Notes: generated from the sequence alone by a model not told the origin. A stretch of 64,000 bases of DNA from Eledone cirrhosa (GCA_964016885.1 OZ024745.1:132866001-132930000), one strand, 5' to 3'. Counted from the first letter of the stretch, positions 13,311-26,865 are shown. Made by a program: numbers and translations.

Positions 13311-14624
13311 CAACAACAACAACAACAACAACAATAATAACAACTATATTTACAGTATTGCATATAGTATATTTCTTTAAAGATCAAAAAGTAGGTGAAA
13401 GGTTCAACAGCTATTTGAGGTTTATAGCCAAATATTATACATATAGGACGGATGGTTGATGGTATAGGACTACTTTAATTTACTTCGATCTGTTGTATTA
13501 TGTAAATTCGTCGCAGTAAACAAATCCATGAATTTATAGAATTGAGATGAATGCTTCAGGACAACAACAAACATAAGGAGAGTATATATTTAACGTGGCA
13601 CTCTTGAGTTTAGAAAACAGCTTACCTGGAAGAAACATGAAAGCAAGAAATTAGAAATATCTGTAAATGCAACTCGGATAATTCACAGCACAATACATTC
13701 TACTGCTGGAAGCCAAACACAAACAAGGAATATTTCGAACTGTGTTTTACTTTTTTCGCAGGCTTAACATATAAATCAGATGTTTTCTTGATGGTACCAC
13801 AAATAATACTTTTTAGTATAAAAAGATAAACAGGAAAGAAGGGAATTAAGCAATCTCCAACGTAGTGTATATTTAATATTACGGCCGTGTTGCTATGAAA
13901 AATGCACATCTGACAATAGAAAAATAAATGAAGCACAATAAATATCAGACAATTTTACAATTTATAGTGACGGTATACTTTTCTGAAGGAACACAACAAA
14001 TGATATTTCTCTGGGGCTTATAGCAAACACGATTAATATAGAAATAATCAGAATTCAAATTACAAACCACTTCAAAAATATACAAAACATTAGAGATATT
14101 ATTCACGCAGCCTTTCATTCACTACAATAAACAAACAAATGTAAATGTAGCGGGAATAGTTGTAAAATACAAACAAAAATATATAGATATCTTTATAAAT
14201 ATATGATACAGCTTTTGAGGAAAGAGGGAAACAATATGTCTAATTAATGTAATAATAATAAAAAAAAAATAATGTCTCTAATGCAATAATGTTTACATTT
14301 GTCTTTGGGGAGAGAGACGTAGGGACATTTTGAGTGGAAGTTTTAAAACGATGGTAATTTATAACGGAAAGGTATTGATTGTAAACGGTAAAACATAACA
14401 TGGTCCGATTAGTGGCTAGACACATTGTTTTAAATAAAGAGCACAAATATCAAGGGAGATAATAATGAGCGAAAAGAGCACGTATTTTCTGTTAAGCGTG
14501 GTCTCCTTCTAAGTAATTACACTTACATTATAATCATTGATTCGTGCCATTTCCGTGACTCAAATTTACGTTTTTATGAATATAATGAGATCGGCACCTT
14601 TGAACTCAAATTCACATTCCATGT

Positions 14625-14670
14625 GAAGAAGCTGATGAATATTTGACCGAAAGGGTAATGTTACCTCTCT
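14625..14670 (+). ncRNA. Candidate degenerate minimal hammerhead ribozyme motif
   Basis: CTGATGA(14632)-atatttgacc-GAAA-gggtaatgttacc-TC with a near-palindromic helix III. Confidence 0.35.
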
Positions 14671-15130
14671 ATCCTTTTAAACTTGACCACGAAAAACCTA
14701 TGTAAAAAAATATACTAGAACCCGCAAATCTGAAGAGTCTGAAAAATATGTTTGGTTGGCACAGACTACATCTTACGCAAGAGGCTTTTGATGCGATAGC
14801 TTCACACACACACGGTGCATTCTTCTTCATAACTTATACATACGATTCTGTAGTAAATCATTAATAATATGACACAATTAATTCAGAATATTGGTTAGTC
14901 GATTATTATCGAACTGGATATGACTACGTTTATATAATTGGCAGTCAAATTATCCCTCTCATCTTCAAAATCTCTCCTAGTTTACATTCGATATACTAGA
15001 CCCTTAATAAAATGGTATACGTCACATTGCAGATGATCAGCCGACCCTACGACATATATAACAAGTCGTGATGTGATGTTAGACTCTACTGAAACAACAG
15101 ACGATACAATAAAGTAAAAACAGAAATAAC

Positions 15131-15314
15131 TGATTCTACATTTATCACAAGGCCAGCAATTACCCAGTACATTACTGGTACTTTTTTATCGACCCCGTAA
15201 GCATGAAAGGCAAAGTGAACCTCGGCGGGATTTGAACTCAGACCGTAAAGGGACGTAACTATGCTGGAAAGCATGGCGTCCGACTCTCTACCGATACTGC
15301 CAATCCACCGCCCT
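15131..15314 (-). mobile_element. SINE S1, full length, 17-bp TSD
   Basis: TSD GTAAAAACAGAAATAAC at 15114-15130 and 15315-15331; A/B boxes intact. Confidence 0.92.
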
Positions 15315-15465
15315 GTAAAAACAGAAATAACGAAAGAAAAACACAACCAAGCAATACATAGGTAGGCTAGAACAGAGTTTTACATCCAAAACAAGTACAC
15401 TTGACTTTGTACAGTCTCGAACAAGTACACTTGACTTTGTACATGAAACCTTTGTAAACATAAGA

Positions 15466-15855
15466 ATAATTGTTTCTACTTTTGGCACAAGGCCAGCAAT
15501 TATATCAGTGTATTACTGGTACCTTATTTTATACACCCCGTAGGATGAGCGGCAAAGCTAACAACCTTTGGTCTTGAATTCAGAACGTAAATACACGAAC
15601 CTATATACCGCAAATCACGTTGTCTTACGCTCTATCGTCGTGAATGTAATAATAGTAATGGTTTCTGTTTAAGGCACAAAGCCAACATTTTGAGGGAAGG
15701 GAAAGTCGATTAAAGCAACTCCAGTGCGTGAGTAATACTTTAAATTATGAACCCCGTAAGGATAATAGGCAAAGCTATCTTTGTTTAGTCTTGAACTCGA
15801 AACCTAAATAAACGAAACTATATACGGCAAAGCATATTGTCCAAGGCTCTACCAT
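15466..15855 (-). mobile_element. Two head-to-tail older S1-related SINE copies (~15466-15640, ~15655-15855)
   Basis: Each has the S1 3' end (TGTTTCTACTTTTGGCACAAGGCCAGC; GGTTTCTG..AAGGCACAAAGCC on +) and the ACCCCGTA(A/G)GAT..GGCAAAG core. Confidence 0.75.
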
Positions 15856-16509
15856 TTTAAATGATGATAATAATGACTTCTATTTTATATAGTTATTTCT
15901 TTTTCGGATATTTATTATAAAGGTACCATTATATTTATCCACATAGAAAGCATGTTCATATTCCATCTTGAAAAGAAAATAGTTTATGCCCTCAGTTGCT
16001 ATTAAAGAAAGTCTTTTGTAATATAGTGTGCTGTAAAAATAGGCATAAATTTAAGTGCTGTCAAAAAGGCTTATTAGTTTGCTGACTTTAATACGATCTT
16101 TCCATTATCATCATTCTCATTTTAGCTTTAGGTTCAGAAAATAGCTTTTTAATCAGGGTATATATGTGTGTTGTTTTTGATAAAAACAATTTATATCAAA
16201 GTAGGAACAGAGCTTTTAGGCCTCCTATGAATACAATATATAAAGACATCAACGTTTTCTTTCCGTGAATAATTAGTTTTGATGTAGTACAGTTCCAGAA
16301 ATATGCTTAATGTAAAGAAATGAAGAATGTTTAGTGAATTGTTATGTTAATACAATAAGGAGGAAAATATGGGATATTTGTCGTCAGATGCCGATTTAAT
16401 ATATTATGAAATATCAGTTAAAACACTCAATCAGTAATGCAGTATACTCTACACATGGTTGTTAATAGTCAACGTTTGCACTAAAGGTAAACGTTTTGAA
16501 TTTCCTATG

Positions 16510-17768
16510 TACGACACTGTAACGCAGCCCTTCATTGATGTATATAGGCGTGTTGGTCTTGACCTTGTCTGCACGTAAAGTTTGGTTTCAACATTGATTG
16601 TATCAGTCATGAGTTATCGTTGCCTATGTACAGATGTGTTTATAACCTCTGTAACGTTTGCGATGCAGGAAAACATCGAATAATGGTACGTGATCAGGTT
16701 TTTGTGAACGCAACAAATATGCCACCGAATTATATAAATATTTAACACAAGCTTAAAGAGTTGCCACTCTATCGATACGTAAGCATAAGTGGCACAAAGC
16801 TTTAAACAGGAACCGGGAAAATATTGAGGAGGAACTTCGTTTGGGGAGGCCAATCTCGTCAACAAATGAAGAAAATTTGGAAGTATTGCGAGTAGGGATT
16901 GCTAAAAATCACTAAATAATTTTTAGGGGGATTACAGAAGAAATGGACTTGCATGAAAATACAGTTCTCAGAGGTTTAACAGGCCATTTCCACACGCGAT
17001 AATGTGTGCAAAACTAATGCAAAAACACTTGTCTGTGGAGCACAAAGCGAAACGGTGGGAGATTTGTCAAGATTGAATGAAAATTTCGAAATTGAGGCAA
17101 ATTTCCTGGATAAAGTAATAACCGTAATTGAGTCATGGGTGTTTCAATATGATCCAGAGACAAAATGGGAAAATAAGGACTGTCGTACGAAAATTTCTCC
17201 TACTCGATGAAAGCTTGCAGGAATCAAGGTGAAAACGATGATTATCATTTGCTTCAAAAGTCGTGTTATTTTTCACAAAGAATGTTTACCTTCAGGGCAG
17301 ACAGTTAATCGCCCATTCTACAAAGATGGCTTGAAAGGACTTCGAAAATGGGTGCATCGAGTCCAAAAGAATATTGCAGAAGATTAAGAACTAGACCACA
17401 CGGTGCCAGCTCAGACAGCATTTTTAATTAGAGAAGCTTTAGCAACGAAAAACATCCCCTCACTTCCGTATGCTCCCTACAGCCTAGATCTAGTTCCGCG
17501 TGATTTCTAACTTTTCCCTGATTTGAAATCAAATTTAAAGGGACATCATTTTAGTACTCTTTAACACATTTAAAAAATTGTATCCGACGAGCTAAGGGCA
17601 CTCACAGAAAATTACTTCCGGTACAGATACGATGAACGGGAATAAATGTTGAAACAATATTGTGACTTTCCAAGGGTCGTATTTTGGAGGAGCTGACTGG
17701 AAATTTCATGTACGTTTAATAAACATTTAAATAAAACTTCAGTACTCTTACTTTTGGGACAAACTTCG
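16510..17768 (+). mobile_element. Decayed mariner-type DNA transposon
   Basis: FLDKVITVIESWVFQYDPETK, KVKTMIIICF, GQTVNRPFYKD, PYAPYSLDLVPRDF*LFPDLKSNLKGHHF; right TIR-like end TTACTTTTGGGACAAACTTCG-TA; left boundary uncertain. Confidence 0.85.
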
Positions 17769-18320
17769 TATAGAAGATTTAGTAACACTTAATTAATAAG
17801 AACTTTTTAATTGATTTGAATATTATAGCAACAGTTATCTAACCGCAATAAGAACGTAAGATTTGATATAAATCATTATATGAAATTGTTATATTTCATA
17901 CAAAATTATCTAACTTCATCGTAAATTTGAACAGTGCCTTCCGAAGTAACACAAAAAAACTTTCGTCTTTCAGATCATTAGACACACAAGTATTCCACAT
18001 AACTTATACTGCTTTAATTTTTTATAAATAGCAAAGTAATTACTGATGTTTATTTGAGGATTAACAACTAGTTAAATGAATGATGGTGCTTAGTTTACTA
18101 ACAACATTTTTAAATATGAAGATGTATACTCTAACTTATCTATGTTAGAAATTTGTACGAAACAAGTTACATCACCGACACATTTTTTTTTTTTTGCTGG
18201 AGAATGAGGCAGACAAAAACAGGACAGGAGTAGTGCGAACCACGATTGCAAATGGTTAGACTAAACTGGGATATTTACTCTATTTACCGGGAGTTGAACC
18301 AACACCCTGATATGAGTAAT

Positions 18321-18512
18321 TATTGATTTCTGGTTTAGGTACAAGGCAATTTTGTTTTGGAGGGGGGAGTCGATAAAACCGTTCCAGTGTGTTACTGGTA
18401 CTTTATTTTATCGACCCTGGAAGGATCAAAGGGAAAGCTAATATTGGCGGGGTTTGAACTCACAACAGCATGTTGTCTGTCACTCTACCGATGCTGTCAA
18501 TCCACCGCCCTC
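18321..18512 (-). mobile_element. S1-related SINE variant
   Basis: Head GGGCGGTGGATTGACAGCATCGGTAGAG on minus; flanks TGATA(T/C)GAGTAAT at ~18308 and ~18514. Confidence 0.8.
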
Positions 18513-19473
18513 ATGATACGAGTAATTAATAGAAAGAAATTCAATTGACATTTGTTTGTTATTGACGATGGCTGCGAACATAGAATTAATTTCACTGATA
18601 AGTATAAGTATAGATGATCTGTTATAAGATCCTAGCATGCGTGATGGTATACTTTAGAGGTTGGATAGAGGTTGGATAGAGGTTTTCTACGAAATTAATA
18701 AACCATAAATGATATTCCTGTTTAACAATAACATATCTGTGTATATTACTGATATATATTTCGGTATTTTGTGTGGCTTTTGTTGTGCTGATTAATAATT
18801 ATTACACCATATTACGAAGTCTCTTTATAGCTGTTTAGCCTTTACTGAGACTAATTCCTATAACATCTGGGAATGTTTACACAGATTCTACTGAATATTC
18901 ACATCATAACACCTTATAAAACATCGGGGTAATAATATGAGATATATCTGGAAAAGGAAAACAAAAGAAAAACAAAAGAAAATAATAAATAAATAATTAT
19001 AGAGAAACATACAAACACATATTTATAATTTTGTTTCACTTTCTGAATTGAACCAAAAATAAAGCTGGCGATTCTCATAACTTAAAAAAAATATATCTAC
19101 ATTTTCATTATATTTCAGTGATTTTCGTTTTCGATTTTGCGAGAAATATCGTTCTATTTGTGGAAGATGTGAATAACACATAGAAACAACTCAATATTAA
19201 TATTGTCTAGAGTTTAAAAGAAAGATATCTTGTGTATCCATAATTAATTTAGATATATCTATTACTTGAAACCATTCGGTTTAATAATCTTAACTAGACT
19301 TCTAATGATGGTATTTGCATATGTCTTTACACACACAGACATACACGCATACACACACACAGACATACAGAGACACACACAGACACACACTCACACACTC
19401 ACACGGACACACACATGCATACACACACAAACATATATATATGACCCTCTCGAAGTACAACTATATATATATG

Positions 19474-20105
19474 TAAAGCTGAGTTTTTCGAATATTAATA
19501 ATAATATTCGATTCGTTTACAATTGCGCAAACAGCCGCTTCAAGCCATGTCAGTAGAATGACCCCACCGTTCTTGCTCTTGTGTTGGTATATAAAGAGAA
19601 CGGCAGACATGACGGGGCCATTCTACTGACATTACTTAAGAGACTATTTGCATAATTGCAAACGATTCAAAGATTATTATTAATATTCAAAAAACTCAGA
19701 TTTACATTTATTGTATTCAGCCATGTAGAGCGATAACTATTTGTTAGTTATATGACTATGGCAAAGTCGGCCATTAATCGTTCGTATACATGAGCTGACT
19801 GGCTCATCTGCTGATATGCAAATTTGGCTGATCAGTGGGTCTGCTAATTTGAAGATCTCACTGATCAGGCAGTCTGCTAATATGCAAATGAGGCCCATCA
19901 GACGCTGAATATTCCAGAAAATATACATTTTCACTAGCTCTGACAGTCGGCAGGTAAATAAACAGTATACGGTACTGATGAAAGCTAATAACCCTGAACA
20001 TTAGTGTTTGCTGTGCTGTTTATATGCCAACACAAGGGCAAGAATAAGGGGCAAATTCTACTGACATGGATTAAGATGCTGTTTGCATAATTGCAAAAGT
20101 TTCGG
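19474..20105. mobile_element. Penelope-like terminal-repeat remnant with inverted arms and a degenerate hammerhead
   Basis: 19474-19565 inverted vs 19615-19710; 19520-19597 inverted vs 20018-20100; CTGATGA(19975)...GAAC-ATTAGT-GTT with flanking helix I. Confidence 0.5.
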
Positions 20106-21029
20106 ACCCTTGTGTTTCATCATAAGATAGATTGAGAATAAGAATATTGAAATATAAAGATAGAGAGTGAGAAAAGAAGAAACAGAAAGAAATTCGGAGA
20201 AAAATCAGGCGTCAGTTCCGTCAGCCATATATATAAGATATTAAGAAGATAGAAGCCCTACTGCTAAGTTTAAACCCAGATATATTCCAGCCTGGGTGTG
20301 TTTGTGTCAATATATGAGTGTAAGTATGTTTATATGTCCGCGGGAGTATAGGAGGGTTAATAATTAAATACGTTGTGTAGTCATGTGTACGTAAGTGAAT
20401 TTATTTGTTAATATAAAACATCTCGTATGTTTGTGGGACCAGGCATGCGTTTATGCACGTATAGAATAGAGTGAGTGATGGCCAGTGGGATCATCTAATT
20501 AATTGAATCGAAACTGGTAAATCACTTATTTTTCTACAAGCTATAGCTATTAATAGCATCTTATTGGCGATATAAGTCAAAAGTTGAAGTATCAAAGTTA
20601 TTTAGGATAGACTGTAATTGATGGCAGGAGATGGAAAGGGCATATGTGGAGGTGAGGGTATGAGACAAAGAATAATTTCTAAACAGGATTCAATTTACGA
20701 ATGTATGCATCAATGAGTTAGGGGAGAGGAATAGTTATAGGTCAGTTGGTGAATGTATGTATTTCATGCGCTTATAGATGTTGGAATGTCCGGATAGTTA
20801 GACATAGTATGTAGCAGATTTTTCTGAAGTGAGGGGTAGTATGGCCTATTGAGAAGTAATATATCCATGGGTCAATAAAACATCGTGAATACTCAAATGA
20901 ATAAACAAACACATAACCACCCTCTCTATCTCTTTCATTCTGTATACACAATCACACGCACATATATATATATAGTTTTAATATAGAAGATATTCTAGAG
21001 GACTAGAACTGTTTCATTCGTAAGAAATC

Positions 21030-23690
21030 ATCAGGTTGCTTTTCGCCATCTGAACACAGACCTCTATGCTGATAAGACCTCTTCCACCTTTAGATCTCTT
21101 TAAGTAGAGTCTATCAAAATCACTCCTCTTGTGAAACATGTTGTAGATAGTCAATAGCTTCCTAGTTTTCCTATACATTTCTTTTTGTTCAGCAACATTC
21201 CATCTCAGAATTCCCGCACTGTACCTAATAATAGACATAGCTCGAAAATTTACTGCACTTAAGGCATTCCTACTGTTCAGATTTGACTTTAATACGCTCC
21301 TTTCTCTCCGAATGTATTCATATCTTATCAATTCCTTCACTTTTTTGTTCTTGATGTCATCAGCCTCCAGAACACCCAAATACATGTATCCTTCTTCAGT
21401 GTCAAGTTCCTTTATCATCTCACCTGTTGGTACCTGGATTCCGTTGCTTCTGCTCAATTTACCCCTCTTCATCACAATGACTCCACACTTACTAATACCA
21501 AATTGCATACATATATCATTGCTGAAAATACGGACAGTGTCAACAAGTACATATAACTCCTTCTCACTCTTCCCGAAGAGCTTAAGATCTTCCATGAAGA
21601 GGAGGTGATTGATGGTAAGCTCTCCCTTTCCAACTTGTATCCTGCTCTCACCTTTCGCAGTATAATGGTCACGGGCATCACGCCAAGGACAAACAACAGA
21701 GGGGACAGACTATCTCCCTGGAAGATACCTCTCTTGATCTTCACGCCTCCCAAGGATTCTCCAGCTGATGTTAACTCTGTTTTCCAGGGCTTCATACTTT
21801 TGCCCAACAACTGTCTGATGTTATCTGCCACCTTGAAGATCTCTAGGCTTTTGGTGATCCAAGAATGAGGCACCATGTCAAATGCCTTTTGTAGTCTATC
21901 CATCCCATGGCAAGACCAGTGTGTCTCCTTTGCCATCTTATCAATAAGTAACTGGTCCTTTGTACCACGTGACTTCTTTCGGCATCCTTTCTGTTCGTCC
22001 GGTAACAATTTGTTTGTGTGGAGGTGATGGTAGATTTCCTCAGACATAATGCTTGTCAACAGTTTCCACATTACGGACAGACATGTGTTAGGTCTATAGT
22101 TGGTAACATCATTACCCTTGATTCGGTCTTTCATTACCAGAACTGTGGTACATTTTGTCAACCACTCTGGTACCTCACCCGACATCAAGCAGTCATTGAA
22201 CATGGTTGTCAATTTCGCGTGGAGGGATGTTATATTTTTAATCCAATACCCCTCCACAGTTTCTGGGCCTAGTGATTTCCAGTTGGTTATGTTTTTGGCC
22301 TGCCCCTTAAGAGTTTCAACTGTGATACTCAAATCAGTTTGTTGGTATGCCTGTTCACTAATATCCTTTTGTACTGTCTCAATCCTCACTGCCTGGTCAT
22401 TATGTTTAACATCCTGCTCCCATATTCCTCTCCAGAATGTCTTAGTTTGTTCCGCCTCAGGGATCAAGTCGTTGCCTCTTTCTTTCTCTTCTAGCTGTCC
22501 AAACAGCATCTTCTGGTTGTTGTCGAACATGCGGTTCTGTCTATACTGACTGATTCTGTTCTCGTATCGCCTAATTTTTTCACTCTTTGCTACATTACGT
22601 TGCTTCAGTTACTCTATGATAATATTTAGCTTTTTCCTCCTAGTTTTGTACTTTATTTCCAGTCGATTTTTAGTGTCTATGTTTTTTAGTGTCCCATTCA
22701 GTAGGGACTCAAGGTTTCCAATGGCATTTCCTTGATTTGACCATTCAGTCGTTTCTTCCACCAAGGTTCTGATCTTTCTTGTTTGTTGTTTCATCTCGCT
22801 TTTATGCCAAGTAATTTCCTCACCGCATTTGCTGTTGCTTTGAGGATATTGTTGCACTGGTGAAGGCGCCTCGCCTCAAGGTATGGGATGACTTTGTTTA
22901 CCTCAGCTGTTGTTTGTTTTAACTTTTTCCTGTCTACAAATCTTAGTTTCATAGGTTTCCCACTATCATTGTTCAATTCATCTACCACTAAGTTTAGGAT
23001 AACTAAATCTTGTCCTAGCCCGTCAGCATTCATCTCCTCAATGGCCGTATCTTTGTTCCAGGTATTATTTATTTCAGCATTCAGATCATTGTCTGCTTTG
23101 GATGGTTCCTCCGTTCTCTCAACCTCTTCACATTCATTTCCCACTGGCTCGTTTGCCTGGCATACTCCACACTGCATTTCCAACCTAATCTCTCTGCTCA
23201 GTTCCTCCAGTTCCAGCTCGCTTATCCACCCATTAGTTCTTATTACCCGAGCCTCCCCGGCCAATTTGTGTTCATCTAATTTAAATAGACCAATCTCGTT
23301 CCAGATGTTATGCATCCGTTTCCTATAGCCTTTCTCCTTGGGGTTACTCTTCAGGTAACATTGCATAACAGTTCTATTCAATTCTTTCGTCCAGTTGGTT
23401 CTGGTCCCTTTCCTTCTTCTTCTTCCCCCGACACCAGCAGTATTTGGTTGACAGCCAGGTCCCTGCTGCTGAGCCAGGGAGCACCTGTTGGGTGAAAGTC
23501 TGTCACGTGACATTCTAGTCTCCATTTCACCGTTATTGGAACTGTTTAGGTTCGACATTTAAACACACTTATCGAGGATTGGCGAATGTATGGTTACATA
23601 ACCACCGGTGAATTACTTGTCTCCGGTGGTTTCGTCACTCCACGTGACTTTTGTGTGGCATTATCACGCTGTAGACGAACCCAAACAAAC
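21030..23690 (-). mobile_element. R4/Dong-like non-LTR retrotransposon, subfamily A2: 5' UTR, N-terminus and RT present, 3' end lost
   Basis: ATG at 23558; Myb-like RTNWTKELNRTVMQCYLKSNP..GYRKRMHNIW; RT motifs [22 protein letters not shown]; frameshifted; ends before the zinc knuckle. Confidence 0.92.
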
Positions 23691-23879
23691 AAACAAACAA
23701 ACAGGCAGAAAAACCCCCCAAAATGAATAAGCATAAGTTTCATTGTAATGTAGTGTTTGAATGTCTGACTTAGTTTTTCCCTTCCCTTCTCTGTCCGTCC
23801 GTTTGTTTTTCTCTTCATTTTTATTTCCTTTACGTTTTTCGTTGTTGCTGTGCTGCTTTGACTTTGATTTTTTTTTTTA

Positions 23880-24690
23880 CAGTCTATTTATATATTTTGA
23901 TGTTTTCCTCTTTTAGTTGGAATTCTACAATGTAGCAGGGGATAGCGGGAGAGAATAGCGGCGGTAGTGATATTGAGGCAGCGGCGGCGTAGGCGGTGCT
24001 GTGCTAGCAGCAACTAGCAGGAGGTAGTGGGAGAGAATAGCGGCGGTAGCGATAGTGAGGCAGCGGTGGTGGTGATGTGGTCGTATTACTGTAGTGATGG
24101 TGTTGAAGTTGGAGTAGAAATTTGAGTCGACTTGACCAGAGTTTTCATCGTGGTAGTGGTGGTGGTATTGGTGGTGACATTATCTTTAGTGAAATTACCG
24201 TTAGTCGTGTATATGTGTTGACATTTACCCATAATATTGGAATTAAACATTTTGTTAAAACTAAAACTTGAGGCAATAGTAATAGTAATTATTATTATTA
24301 TTATGCTGAGATTGGTGGTGGTGGTGAAATTGCCGTTATCGGGCTGTTGTGTTTAGTGTACACAGCGGGGTGATAAGGTACGTGGTGTATCTGGTTTCTG
24401 ATATTGGTGAAATTGCTGTTATTTGGCTGTTCTATATAGTGTAGACAGAGGGGTTTTCTTCCATTTATAACCATTTTCTTTTTGAATATAAAATGTATAA
24501 TACAAAATTGAATATTTGAGCGATATAACAATATATTGCGGATCCGAATTCTTTGGGACTCAAGCTGGATGTTTTATGCAACATTTGTACTAAGAATTGT
24601 TATTTCATAATTGATTTAAATATGTTAAAAAATTAAAACTTACGGGATTGATTTCTCGACCTTCTATCCACCATGTGTGTCTTCTTCCCT
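23880..24690. repeat. ~0.8 kb unit X, copy 1 (paralog at 41436-42116)
   Basis: Colinear similarity from TCTATTTATATATTTTG through a GGT-rich block to GTCTTCTTCCCTTA. Confidence 0.85.
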
Positions 24691-24742
24691 TATAATAATA
24701 ATGTGATAATAATAATGTCTCACATTATTATTGTTATTGTTA

Positions 24743-25240
24743 TTCCTTGAATCTCAGTCATTGATGTTGGTTAACTGGAAAGTCCGTTGGATTGAATATC
24801 AAGCCACTACCTGCAGCCTCAGATATTCAGGACGTATCGGAGGGTTCTTGCCGTTCCAAGCAAGCATGCCTTTTGAAGCGTTCCAAAAAGCGTGAAGGGG
24901 CCGATTTTCTTTAACCATCCCTGGAAACCTTTGGAGATAGTCCCCAGTGCGCCTATGACAATCGGGATCACTTTGACTTCATGGCAGTTCCAAATCCTTT
25001 TCACCTCCCACTTTAGGTCCTGGTATCGGTTAATTTTCTCCCTCTCCTTCTCTTGCACTCTCGTGTCGAACGGGCAGGCCACATCCACAATCAGGCACGA
25101 TCTTTTTTCTTTGTCCACAACCACCAGGTCAGGTCTATTGTGTTCCAGTTTTTTGTCCGTCTGTATCCTAAAATCCCACAGCACCTTTACCTGACTGTTC
25201 TCCATCACCGCCTCTGGCCTATGCTCATACCATTTCTCAG
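24743..25240 (-). mobile_element. R4/Dong-like family A1 copy 1, 5'-truncated (RLE domain plus 3' UTR)
   Basis: RPDLVVVDKEKRSCLIVDVACPFD...EKINRYQDL (PD-(D/E)xK RLE); (TAA)n tail. Confidence 0.96.
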
Positions 25241-25263
25241 TATTATTATTATTGTTATTGTTA

Positions 25264-26566
25264 TTCCTTGAATCTCAGTCATTGATGTTGGTTAACTGGA
25301 AAGTCCGTTGGATTGAATATCAAGCCACTTCCTGCAGCCTCAGATATTCAGGACGTATCGGAGGGTTCTTGCCGTTCCAAGCAAGCATGCCTTTTGAAGC
25401 GTTCCAAAAAGCGTGAAGGGGCCGATTTTCTTTAACCATCCCTGGAAACCTTTGGAGATAGTCCCCAGTGCGCCTATGACAATCGGGATCACTTTGACTT
25501 CATGGCAGTTCCAAATCCTTTTCACCTCCCACTTTAGGTCCTGGTATCGGTTAATTTTCTCCCTCTCCTTCTCTTGCACTCTCGTGTCGAACGGGCAGGC
25601 CACATCCACAATCAGGCACGATCTTTTTTCTTTGTCCACAACCACCAGGTCAGGTCTATTGTGTTCCAGTTTTTTGTCCGTCTGTATCCTAAAATCCCAC
25701 AGCACCTTCACCTGACTGTTCTCCATCACCGCCTCTGGCCTATGCTCATACCATTTCTCAGAATGTGGTAGATTGTTTACTTTGCACAGGTGCCAGTGGA
25801 TCACCCTGCCCATCACATCGTGTCTCCAGCCCTTATAGTGGGTCTGGGCTAGGTGTTTACACTCGGACACAATGTGAGCCACAGTCTCCTCTCTCTCTCC
25901 ACAGATCCTGCACAGTGGGCTAGCCTCCTCCTTGTAGATATGGTGCTTCAACCACTTCGTTTTGAGGGCCTGCTCCTGCGCAGCCATTAGCATTCTTTCT
26001 GTAGCCTTTTTGAGGTCTCCTCTTCTCAACCAGTTCCATGTCTGTGGATCTCTAAATTCAGCTTTCTCAAAGAAGGTACTATGAAGGGATTTTCCCTTAA
26101 GGCTGCTCTTCCTCCTTGATGTTATTTCCTCCTTGGATATCCCCTGGCCTACTGTCCCCTCCTTCAGTACAGCTCTGAGCATTGGCTCCTTACTATAGGT
26201 CACGTATTTGTATAGGTTGTTTTTCTCCATCTGAACACAGTCCTCTATGCTGATAAGACCTCTTCCACCCTCAGTTCTCCTTAGGTAGAGTCTATCGACA
26301 TCACTCCTCTTGTGGAACATGTTGTAGATAGTCAATAGCTTCCTAGTCTTCCTATCCATTTCTTTTTGTTCAGCAACATTCCATCTCAGAATTCCCGCAC
26401 TGTACCTAATAATAGACACAGCTCGGGAATTTACTGCGCTTATGGCATTTCTGCTGTTCAGATGTGACTTCAATACGCTCCTTACTCTCCGAATGTATTC
26501 AGTTCTTAACAATTCCTTCATTTTTTTGTTCTTTATGCCATCAGCCTCCAGAACGCCCAAATACTT

Positions 26567-26570
<4 letters not shown>
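25264..26570 (-). mobile_element. R4/Dong-like family A1 copy 2, 5'-truncated, intact 406-aa reading frame
   Basis: RT thumb GGRGL, CCHC knuckle [21 protein letters not shown] domain; (TAA)n on both sides. Confidence 0.97.
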
Positions 26571-26607
<37 letters not shown>

Positions 26608-26620
26608 GTTGTTATTGTTA

Positions 26621-26831
26621 TTCCTTGAATCTCAGTCATTGATGTTGGTTAACTGGAAAGTCCGTTGGATTGAATATCAAGCCACTACCTGCAGCCTCAG
26701 ATATTCAGGACGTATCGGAGGGTTCTTGCTGTTCCAAGCAAGCATGCCTTTTGAAGCGTTCCAAAAAGCGTGAAGGGGCCGATTTTCTTTAACCATCCCC
26801 GGAAACCTTTGGTGATAGTCCCCAGTGCGCC

Positions 26832-26834
<3 letters not shown>
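26621..26834 (-). mobile_element. R4/Dong-like family A1 copy 3, ~210 bp 3' stub
   Basis: IGALGTITKGFRGWLKK...YVLNI* plus 3' UTR between (TAA)n tracts. Confidence 0.95.

Positions 26835-26865
<31 letters not shown>

Noticed and set aside
10594-18683. Short tandem duplications (13-bp x4 at ~10594, 30-bp x2 at 15390, 11-bp x3 at ~18655)
   Set aside because: Ordinary slippage products
20250-20900. Possible Penelope RT remnant on the minus strand beside the inverted repeats
   Set aside because: No convincing motif; needs an HMM search
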